NCBI GenBank assembly: GCA_964385855.1
Contig: CAYLSR010000001.1
Coordinates: forward strand, 1-46,884
Reading direction: 5' to 3'
DNA length: 46,884 bases
Origin: an uncultured Mogibacterium sp.
GTDB lineage: Bacteria > Bacillota > Clostridia > Peptostreptococcales > Anaerovoracaceae
Shown: piece by piece, positions 25,234 to 33,290 of the stretch
Layout of the letters: each line of letters starts with the position of its first letter
Position numbering within the stretch: position 1 is the first letter of the stretch
Made by a program: the position numbers and the translations under genes
The notes under the pieces: generated by a model
The model's database searches: none
Told to the model about the DNA's origin: nothing
The model's input: only the letters and a program-made list of their open reading frames with translations

Positions 25234-26276
25234 TAATCAGAGAGAACTACGGAGAAGAGCATATTCGGGAATTGCAGAACAATAGTCATAAGGATCCGCA
25301 GCTTATAGAACGTGCTTTATATGCGCTTGGTCTTCTTGAGGCTTTGTCACAGACGGGCATGAAGTTCATTTTTAAGGGCGGCAGCAGTCTGATGCTTCTG
25401 CTTCCCCGACTTATGCGATTGTCAACAGATATCGACATCATTGTTGAGCCCGGCACGGATGTGAAACATTATATCAGGAAGGCGGCTGAAATCTTTCCTT
25501 TCGTGTCTTATGAGGAGCAGGTGCGTGTCGGTAAAAACAATATAGAGAAAAGGCACTTCAAGTTCACCTATTTTTCTCCGATCAGGAAGGATTATTTTTA
25601 CATTCTACTGGATATTGTTTTTGAAGAGAATCATTATGCAGCCATTTCAGAAAAGGAAATAAGCAATGAACTGCTGCTGACAGAAGGTGCCAACCTTACG
25701 GTGCAGGTTCCATCTGTTGACTGTATCCTTGGAGACAAGTTTACAGCATTTGCTCCTTATACGACAGGAGTTCCGCTTAGGGCGAAAAAAGACCTTGAAG
25801 TAGTGAAATAGTTTTACGATATCAGTACGCTTATCAATGAATATGAGAATTTTGCTCATGTATTGACCACTTATAAAGATGTCGTTTCTTCTGAAATTGG
25901 TTATCGAGGAATGAACATAACGGCGAGAGATGTCCTTGAAGACACAATATCCGCCGCTATTGTGATAGGTTCCCGAGGGAAGACCGGGAAGGATGACTAT
26001 CCTGCATATGTTGAGGGAATCCGGGGTGTTAGGACACATATTTTTACTGAACGTTTTTCCGGCGAGATTGCTTCATACCGGGCGTCAAACCTGATCTATA
26101 TGGCGGCGTGCCTGATGGCGGAGATACCATACGAACATATTGATAGTTTTGAGGAATATGCGAGCGAACCGCTGACACAAGATGATCTGAAAGTCCTTTC
26201 TAAAATGCGAAAGGCCCAGCCATTGCAATATGCCTATTTAGTAAAGGCCGATATGTTGCTGCGGGAAAACAGATAA
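25230..26276 (+). pseudogene. abiEii: AbiEii/AbiGii-family nucleotidyltransferase toxin gene interrupted by one in-frame TAG (25809-25811)
   Basis: The N-terminal part carries FKGGSSL...RLSTDIDI. ORF 25863-26276 is in the same frame. No other stop lies between 25812 and 25863, and the frame reads ...KKDLEVVK*FYDISTL... Confidence 0.75.
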
Positions 26277-26349
26277 ATATTGATGGAAAACTTTTTCCAC
26301 CGCTTACAAGAAAATCAGCAGAGGAATCTCTTTGGAGATGTTTCACACC

Positions 26350-26377
26350 ACCGCGGGCCACCCCGCGGTTTTCTATT
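26350..26377 (+). terminator. Rho-independent terminator after abiEii
   Basis: Stem ACCGCGGG / CCCGCGGT with loop CCAC, followed by TTTTCTATT. Confidence 0.65.
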
Positions 26378-26404
26378 ATCAAAAAAACGAAAGGGGTACC
26401 ACCG

Positions 26405-27319
26405 ATGAAGAAGAACCAATATAGCAAGAACCCCGTCGGCCCATCCCATCAGGAGCGAATCCAGGCCCTCACCGACCAGCTCGAAGCCGGCGTCCAGGCC
26501 GTCTTCGACAGCGACCGCTACAAGGATTACCTCAGGTGCATGAGCAAATTCCACAGCTACTCGGTCAACAACTGCCTGCTCATCGCCTTGCAGCGCCCGG
26601 ACGCCAGCCTCGTCGCCGGCTACCGCGCCTGGGAGAAGGACCATGGACGTCATGTTCGCAAGGGCGAGAAGGGCATCAAGATCCTCGCTCCCTGCAAGTA
26701 CAAGGTCGAGCTCGACGAGCGGGACGAAAACGGCGAGCCGAAGACGGAGGAGCGGGACGGTTTTCGGGTTGTCACGGTGTTTGACCTCGCGCAGACGGAG
26801 GGTCGCGAGCTTCCGGCGCTCGGCGTGGACGAGCTCACCGGGGATGTCCACGATTATCCGAAGATCTTTCGCGCGCTCACCCGGATCAGCCCGGTGCCGA
26901 TCCGCTTCGAGGACATCCAGAACGGAGCCAAGGGCTACTACAACGATGCGGAGAAGTTCATCGCGATCAAGTCCGGAATGAGCGAGGCACAGACGATCAA
27001 GACGCTTCTCCACGAGATCAGTCACGCCAGATATCACTCCCGGGAGGCGAAGGCTCCGGCTGTTCCGATCGACCGAAACCACAGGGAAACGGAGGCCGAG
27101 AGCCTGGCATTCTGCGTTGGATCCGCGCTGAAGATCGTGGATTCCTCGGAGTATTCCTTCCCGTATCTGGCTTCGTGGGCATCTGGACGGGACACGAAGG
27201 AGCTCCGGGATTCCCTCGAGCGCATCCGCTCCGCAGCCGATGAGATGATCACGGAGATTGAATCCGAGCTTGGCAAAATGCATGACCGCAGTCGCGGTTC
27301 CCGGGAAGAAGGCAGGTGA
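26405..27319 (+). CDS. ardC: ArdC-like protein: N-terminal ssDNA-binding domain plus C-terminal HExxH metallopeptidase-like domain
   Basis: N-terminal ArdC/DUF1738-like region (FH.YS..N..LI..Q...A..VAGY..W......V.KGEKGI.I). Also carries LLHEISHA. Confidence 0.78.
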   Translation: MKKNQYSKNPVGPSHQERIQALTDQLEAGVQAVFDSDRYKDYLRCMSKFHSYSVNNCLLIALQRPDASLVAGYRAWEKDHGRHVRKGEKGIKILAPCKYKVELDERDENGEPKTEERDGFRVVTVFDLAQTEGRELPALGVDELTGDVHDYPKIFRALTRISPVPIRFEDIQNGAKGYYNDAEKFIAIKSGMSEAQTIKTLLHEISHARYHSREAKAPAVPIDRNHRETEAESLAFCVGSALKIVDSSEYSFPYLASWASGRDTKELRDSLERIRSAADEMITEIESELGKMHDRSRGSREEGR

Positions 27320-27323
27320 TCGC

Positions 27324-28250
27324 ATGCCTTTCTTTACCAAAGAGCAGATCGCAAAAGCCAGAGAGCCGGATCTGCTGGCTTTTCTGCAGCGGCACGATCC
27401 GCAGGAACTCGTGCAGGTCTCCGGTACCGAGTACTGCACGCGCACACACGACAGTCTCCGGATTTCCAACGGGAAGTGGTTCTGGTGGAGCCGGGGCTTT
27501 GGCGGCGTGTCCGCTCTCGATTATCTGGTGAAGGTCAAAGGAATCCTGTTCACTGACGCGGTTGCGTTGATCCTCGGGCAGGGAGTCTCGAAAGTGCCGG
27601 AGTTTTCGTCCAATGAAACCGCTTTTTCGTCCAGAAAGCTACTTCTTCCGGACGAAAGCCCGACGCATAATGTGATCCTTCGCTACCTGATCGGCCGTGG
27701 GATCGACCGGGAGATTCTTTAGGGCTGCATCAAAGCGAAGCTCCTCTATGAGTCCCTGCCCAATCATAACTGCGTCTTTGTCGGGTATGATGAGCGCGGG
27801 GAAGCCCGGTACGCAGCTTTCCGGTCCACCAACGGAGAGCGACTTCTGGGCGAGGCGGCAGGTTCCGACAAGCGGTATTCCTTCCGGATTGATGTTCCGA
27901 GCAGCACGCTCCATGTGTTTGAAAGCGCGATTGACCTACTGTCTTTCGCGACAATCCGGAAGCTCTGGGGTGAGAACTGGCTTTCGGATCCGATGGTTTC
28001 GCTGGGAGGTGTGTATGCTTCAGCGGGCAATTTGCGGCCGGGTAAGCTGCCAGTCGCACTGGCAGAGGAACTGAAGAGATATTCCGGAGTGACCAAAGTG
28101 TCGCTTCATTTGGACAATGATTTTGCCGGGCGGCGTGCAACGGAAATGATATCGTTGCATTTGCGCTGCAATTATACAACGATAAATGAGCCGCCGCCCG
28201 CGGGGAAAGATTATAACGATTATCTGCGGTTATCATGCTATACTGAATAA
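27324..28250 (+). pseudogene. DUF3991/Toprim primase-like gene interrupted by one in-frame TAG (27720-27722)
   Basis: The N-terminus (FFTKEQI..A...DLL.FL....P.ELV.VSG..YCTR.HDSL.ISNGKW.W.SRG.GG.SALDYL) matches the DUF3991 pattern I recall. The same frame continues with no other stop (64 codons) into ORF 27915-28250, which has the Toprim-like motifs HVFESAIDLLS...LDND.AG. Confidence 0.75.
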
Positions 28251-28270
28251 AACGAAAGAGGGAAAGAACT

Positions 28271-29008
28271 ATGATCTATATAACCGGTGACACACACATC
28301 CCGATCGACATCCACAAGCTGAGCACCCGCCGCTGGCCGAAGCAGAATAATCTGACCAAAGACGACTATCTGATCGTTTGCGGAGACTTCGGCTTGATCT
28401 GGAATTACCTCGAGACTGGACTGAGTGTGCCGGCCAATCCCGATGACCGGCACTGGGTTCCGGAAGAATTGTTTTGGTACAAGTGGCTGAACGAGAAGCC
28501 GTTCACCACGCTTTGGATCGACGGAAACCACGAGAATTTTGACCGGCTGAAGACCTATCCGGTCACAGAATGGCACGGCGGCAAGGTGCAGAAGATCTCT
28601 GATTCCATCATTCATTTGATGCGCGGGCAGGTCTATGAGATTGATGGGAGCACGTTCTTTACGCTTGGCGGAGCGCGTAGCATCGACCGCGGCCCTGCAA
28701 CCGGAACGGAGAAGAGAGACAGCCATATCATCTGGTGGCCGGAGGAACAGCCTTCGGTCGGCGAGTACGATGAGGCGCTGTCGAACCTCGAAGTGCATGG
28801 AAACAAGGTCGACTATATCATTACGCACGAGGCTCCGCCCAGCATTCTTCTCCAGAAAGGCTATCAGCTGAGCGAGCTTGCGAACTTCCTATGGCAGCTG
28901 AACGACACGGTGGAGTTCGAGCGCTGGTATTGTGGACATCTGCATGAGGATGAGCAGTATGGCAAGGTCAGGGTGCTGTATGATGATATTGTTGTGGTCG
29001 GCGAGTAG
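28271..29008 (+). CDS. Calcineurin-like metallophosphoesterase
   Basis: Motifs GDTH, GDFG, GNHE and GH.H in the canonical order. Confidence 0.8.
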   Translation: MIYITGDTHIPIDIHKLSTRRWPKQNNLTKDDYLIVCGDFGLIWNYLETGLSVPANPDDRHWVPEELFWYKWLNEKPFTTLWIDGNHENFDRLKTYPVTEWHGGKVQKISDSIIHLMRGQVYEIDGSTFFTLGGARSIDRGPATGTEKRDSHIIWWPEEQPSVGEYDEALSNLEVHGNKVDYIITHEAPPSILLQKGYQLSELANFLWQLNDTVEFERWYCGHLHEDEQYGKVRVLYDDIVVVGE

Positions 29009-29227
29009 ATGAATTGCAAGCTATGGACATTCTGCGCGTTGAATTCGGGTTGATCTTGCGCGGGATGAGGTGATTTGGGGCGGAAAAGCCGCAGACGAGG
29101 GATATGTCGGTGAATTCTGTAGCGCGGCCCTTGGGGGTGTGATATGGTGAAAATACAGGGGAGCAACTATCTGGCGCCCTAAACCAAACGATTGAACAGC
29201 GATCATCAACACTCAAAAGAGAATTAT

Positions 29228-29515
29228 ATGAAGCTTATACTCGGCATACTATTATTCATACTGATGATTGGATTTGCAAGCTTCCTTATGCCTGTGATCT
29301 TAGGGATTATAATTGGTATCCTTATGATCAAGAATGGCAGTGTAATCGGTGGCTTGATCGCGATTGGTGTTGGCATTGCAGTCAACGTCGCGGTGGTTTA
29401 TGGCGGTTTCATAGAGGGAGGAGGTTCTTCTGAATACACAGACGAAGAATGTCCTTACTGTGGGAGTGGTGATACTGACGGAAATCACTGTTTTACCTGT
29501 GATAATGACTTTTGA
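29228..29515 (+). CDS. Small membrane protein with a C-terminal zinc-ribbon (CPYC...CFTC)
   Basis: Has 2-3 predicted TM helices followed by CxxC-N9-CxxC. The coding DNA is AT-rich. ATG 29228. Confidence 0.5.
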   Translation: MKLILGILLFILMIGFASFLMPVILGIIIGILMIKNGSVIGGLIAIGVGIAVNVAVVYGGFIEGGGSSEYTDEECPYCGSGDTDGNHCFTCDNDF

Positions 29516-29605
29516 TCAACACAGTAAGGCAGCGATTTGGGAAGATAAGAATCTAACGGGTGACTAATTATTCTGTGAAATCAAGGAAAAGAAAGCAGGT
29601 GGCTT

Positions 29606-30022
29606 ATGAACAATGTAGTATTAATCGGCAGACTCGCCAGAGATCCGGAACTCCGCTACACGCAGAACAACAATACAGCGGTGACGCACATCACCATCGC
29701 GGTTGACCGTCCGCCGCAGCAGGGTCAGGAGAAGCAGGCGGATTTCATCCGTGTCACCGTCTTTGGCCGGCAGGCGGAGACGGTCAACCGGTATCTCAAG
29801 AAAGGCAGACAGGTGGCGGTTCAGGGCAGGATCCAGACGGGCAGCTATAAGAACCGAGATGGCCAGACGGTCTATACGACGGACGTCATCGCGGACCGGG
29901 TGGAGTTTCTCGGTAGCGGCAACGATAGCAGTGGAGGTGGTATCGGCAGAGGTCCGGTGGAGACAGAGGATCCTGGGTTCCCGGATGCATTCCAGGCAAC
30001 GGATGATGATATCCCGTTCTGA
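29606..30022 (+). CDS. ssb: Single-stranded DNA-binding protein
   Basis: OB-fold N-terminus (VVLIGRLARDPELRYT), a Gly-rich linker, and the acidic tail DDDIPF. Confidence 0.93.
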   Translation: MNNVVLIGRLARDPELRYTQNNNTAVTHITIAVDRPPQQGQEKQADFIRVTVFGRQAETVNRYLKKGRQVAVQGRIQTGSYKNRDGQTVYTTDVIADRVEFLGSGNDSSGGGIGRGPVETEDPGFPDAFQATDDDIPF

Positions 30023-30172
30023 GGGGAGTTGGGCAGCTCCCCGGCGGCTTGAAGCGAAAAATGTCCCACTAGCTATAAACAAACGAAAAGGCGTTTGGGG
30101 ACACGCTGTTTTCAAAAAAGTACAGAGCTTTGAGAGAATGCGGATAACCGTTCCCGTACAGGAGGCAGGGTC

Positions 30173-30640
30173 ATGCTTTTAATCGTAATACTATTCTTCG
30201 CGGGCTTTGTCTGGCTAACCATTGAACTCGACCGGGCAAGCATCCGAAAAGCAACGAAGAAAACGGAAGAAATCCATCGCGAGTATTACAAGAAGGTCGA
30301 TGAGATTTACGATGACCCGCTTGTGAGAAGCAGGGAGAAAGCGTTTGCGGACAAGCTGATCCGGGACACGTGGCGGGAGGCTGGTGTAGAATACCAACCG
30401 GAGAAACCTTTGCCGAAAGAAGAAGAGTACGGTGCACTTCATCCCGATGAACTGGATAAACTCGCGAATGAGTACAAACGTAAAATGATGAGGATAGAAA
30501 AGGTAGAAGAGGTTCTGAGACCAATTTACGGTGACGAATGGAGAGAGCACTACGATGAGTACATGGAGTTGCTTGAGATTGCAGCAGAGAAACAGATCGA
30601 TAAGCTAAGAAAGAGTACGGATGATAGAAGAAAGCAGTAA
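30173..30640 (+). CDS. Hypothetical membrane-anchored coiled-coil protein (155 aa)
   Basis: AGGAGG lies 7 nt upstream. The protein has an N-terminal TM helix followed by a charged helical region. Confidence 0.55.
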   Translation: MLLIVILFFAGFVWLTIELDRASIRKATKKTEEIHREYYKKVDEIYDDPLVRSREKAFADKLIRDTWREAGVEYQPEKPLPKEEEYGALHPDELDKLANEYKRKMMRIEKVEEVLRPIYGDEWREHYDEYMELLEIAAEKQIDKLRKSTDDRRKQ

Positions 30641-30675
30641 CACGGATTCTAACAAGAGATTGAGGGTCATTTGAT

Positions 30676-32349
30676 ATGAGAAACAAAAATCTAGCTGTAC
30701 TTACAGACACACTTGCTATCTGTGAAAAGGGGTATTATATATGCGGTTCTGTAAGAGTTAATCTGACGTTGAGCAAAGACAGAATGAAGGCAGCACAGGT
30801 GTATGAACCGTGGCAGGTGGAAAAGCTTAGAAAGGAAAAGCGGCCCGAACACTCCTATCAAGGTGGCACATGCAGTTATTCGGTAGTAAACACGGATTCT
30901 TTTTCGCTTGCGAGAAAAGTTGCGGCAGATAATCCGGGGGATAAAGTGCTTGTCCTGAATCTTGCAAACAGCACACATATCGGCGGTGGTGTCCGCCATG
31001 GAGCAAAGGCACAAGAGGAAGATCTATGTAGACAGAGCTCTCTGTTGGTTGCACTCGAGGGCGAGAACGCTGCTGGCTATTACGAATATAACCGTAAGCA
31101 TAAAACAGACATGGGATCAGATGCATTGATCGTCGTCCCTGAAGTTGAAATCATCAAAGACGCTGATTATGAGTATCTGGATCACACAACTGTCGTTTCT
31201 GTCATTACTTGTGCTGCGCCAGTACTCCGATCCGGCCCACCTTCAGATGAAGGAGCGTACAGACAACTGATGTATCATCGTATTGAAGGCATACTGGTTG
31301 CGGCTGCTTATCATGGTTATAAGCGGCTTGTCCTCGGCGCTTTCGGATGCGGAGCGTTCAATAACGATGCAGTAGTGGTAGCAGAAATCTTCTTCAATGT
31401 GATAAAGAAATTCAGCTTTGACGGTGCGGGAGTGAATGATCTGTTCAAAAGCATCGACTTTGCAGTGCTCACCAAGCCTGACAAGACATATAATTATGAC
31501 GAGTTTAATAAGTATTTCGGCGATCATGATGCTGTCAAGCATCAGACAGAGGACAAGAAATATCCAAGCCTCGGATTCATAGGCTTTTGGCACGAATATG
31601 AAAACTACGGATTTTTGAGCAACTGGTACAAAGCGGAATTTGAGTATGCCGGAAAGCATTTTACTTCCGTCGAACAGTTCATGATGTACCATAAGCTTAT
31701 GACGTTCCATCAGTTTGACCTTGCGGACAAAGTGATGGCAACCAATGATCCTGCTGAAGCAAAGAAGCTTGGCAGAACGCCGTTCAGCAACTTTGACGAC
31801 AAGCTGTGGACCAGAATCAGTCCTGTCATTGTGAAGCGCGGTGTCAGAGCCAAGTTTGAACAGAATCCCGGACTCTTGAAGCAATTGCTGGCAACCGGTA
31901 ATGCCGTTCTTGCGGAGTGCTCACCATATGATAAGATCTGGGGTATCGGCTTAGCTTTTGGTGATCAGGCACTTGATACATTTCAGTGGAAAGGCAAAAA
32001 TCTGCTCGGCCGAATTCTGATGGTTCTCCGGGAGGAATTCGGGAATTGGGTTGCTGACCCGAACAGAAGCATACCATCGTACATTGATGTAAGAGAGCTT
32101 CCTCCAATACCGGCGTGGGAAATGAACACCGGAATGCTCAAGATGGTACCGCAGTATCATGACGCGATTGACGCATATAGTGCAACACTCAAAGGACCGG
32201 AAGTATCAGACTTCTATGCGATGAGCTTCTCGGGACTTGAGCAGGCTATGCGGACGAACATGGGCGGCGGCATGCCGGTGATCGGTTTCTATGAGATGAA
32301 GCAGGAAATATATGATATCTCACGAAGGCTTCCGAAGGAGCTGATATGA
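30676..32349 (+). CDS. Fusion protein: bacterial-type PARG/TIGR02452 macrodomain, a NADAR (YbiA/DUF1768) domain, and a ~110-aa C-terminal domain of unknown function
   Basis: PARG signature GGG-X7-QEE (HIGGGVRHGAKAQEEDLCRQSSL). NADAR-like FLSNW...F.SVEQ...K...F.......P.EAKKLGR...VRAKFEQNP.L...L..T....L.E.....D..WG......GKNLLGRILM.LREE. Confidence 0.85.
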   Translation: MRNKNLAVLTDTLAICEKGYYICGSVRVNLTLSKDRMKAAQVYEPWQVEKLRKEKRPEHSYQGGTCSYSVVNTDSFSLARKVAADNPGDKVLVLNLANSTHIGGGVRHGAKAQEEDLCRQSSLLVALEGENAAGYYEYNRKHKTDMGSDALIVVPEVEIIKDADYEYLDHTTVVSVITCAAPVLRSGPPSDEGAYRQLMYHRIEGILVAAAYHGYKRLVLGAFGCGAFNNDAVVVAEIFFNVIKKFSFDGAGVNDLFKSIDFAVLTKPDKTYNYDEFNKYFGDHDAVKHQTEDKKYPSLGFIGFWHEYENYGFLSNWYKAEFEYAGKHFTSVEQFMMYHKLMTFHQFDLADKVMATNDPAEAKKLGRTPFSNFDDKLWTRISPVIVKRGVRAKFEQNPGLLKQLLATGNAVLAECSPYDKIWGIGLAFGDQALDTFQWKGKNLLGRILMVLREEFGNWVADPNRSIPSYIDVRELPPIPAWEMNTGMLKMVPQYHDAIDAYSATLKGPEVSDFYAMSFSGLEQAMRTNMGGGMPVIGFYEMKQEIYDISRRLPKELI

Positions 32350-32490
32350 AGAACAAATAATCAAACACTCCTTACATCTCCAATCAGGCCGCATGTCTGG
32401 CCATTTTGATGATAATCATTTCGGGCCAGGCTTTCAGCCTGGCATTTCCCATGTTTGGGGAAGAAAATGATATATGGTAAAAAAATACGG

Positions 32491-32519
32491 TTGAAAACCA
32501 CCTATTTCTTTGATATACT
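32491..32519 (+). promoter_or_regulatory. Strong sigma-70-type promoter for phd-doc
   Basis: TTGAAA (32491-32496), a 17-nt spacer, then an extended -10 TGATATACT (TATACT at 32514-32519). Confidence 0.55.
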
Positions 32520-32548
32520 GCCTATAGAAATTTTGTGAGGTGGCTCTT

Positions 32549-32791
32549 ATGATATTGGATACTCGTCAGATCATCACGGTAACTGATGCAAATAAGAACT
32601 TCAGCCGTGCGACACGTATCGCGGACGAGCACGGAGAAGCCATTGTATTCAAGAACAATCGGCCTAAGTACAAACTGGTCAACCTTGATCTGGAGCCTGA
32701 TCTTGAGCTCACGGATGATGAGAAGATTGACATTGTTGCTAAGCGAATCATGAAACGGTTTAAGCCCGCGTTTCTGGAGTTGGCGAAATGA
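32549..32791 (+). CDS. phd: Phd/YefM-type antitoxin
   Basis: Small protein with an N-terminus typical of this family (ITVTDANKNFSR......G.A.VF.NN.P). Its stop overlaps the doc start (ATGA). Confidence 0.78.
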   Translation: MILDTRQIITVTDANKNFSRATRIADEHGEAIVFKNNRPKYKLVNLDLEPDLELTDDEKIDIVAKRIMKRFKPAFLELAK

Positions 32792-33168
32792 TTAAGTTCT
32801 CAAAGGATAAGGTGCTTCTTCTCCATAAGATGATAGCAGAGGAGACCGGCGGGAGTATTGGCGTGCGCGACGAGGCGCTTCTGGACTCAGCCCTTGAAAA
32901 TGCTTTCTCTGGCTTCGGTGGTCAGGAATTCTATCCAACCAAGGAAGAGAAGGGTGCCAGACTCGGCTACACCCTGATCTCCAATCATGCTTTTGTTGAC
33001 GGAAACAAGCGGATTGGAATGTACGTCATGCTGACCTTCCTTGAAGTCAACGGCATTCGTATGGAATGCACTAATGACGAAGTCGTGCAAGTAGGTCTTG
33101 CTGTGGCATCCGGCTCTATGGACTACGAAGCGCTCTTGTCTTGGGTACAGAAGCATGCTGTCTACTAA
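32788..33168 (+). CDS. doc: Doc (death-on-curing) Fic-fold toxin
   Basis: Fic/Doc motif HAFVDGNKRIG in a 126-aa protein. Confidence 0.88.
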   Translation: MIKFSKDKVLLLHKMIAEETGGSIGVRDEALLDSALENAFSGFGGQEFYPTKEEKGARLGYTLISNHAFVDGNKRIGMYVMLTFLEVNGIRMECTNDEVVQVGLAVASGSMDYEALLSWVQKHAVY

Positions 33169-33290
33169 CCATTTTTGAAAGAAGATAATGAATCAATATC
33201 GGTTCATTGATTCTGTTCACTACATCCCCGGTCAGGCCACACGCCTGACCATTTTGATTGCATCAATTTCAGGAAGGAGTGAGCATTATC

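Noticed and set aside
26315-27469. 384-aa ORF on the minus strand
   Set aside because: It is antisense to the ArdC-like gene. Composition is arginine-rich and no motif is recognisable.
25809-27722. The idea that TAG is generally reassigned (for example to pyrrolysine or glutamine) in this organism or element
   Set aside because: Many well-delimited genes in the window stop at TAG, with the next gene's RBS and start immediately after (5772, 6109, 11056, 11615, 12119, 13336, 16343, 18093, 45849). No pyl genes or suppressor tRNA are present in the window. I report the two in-frame TAGs only as lesions or possible local readthrough.
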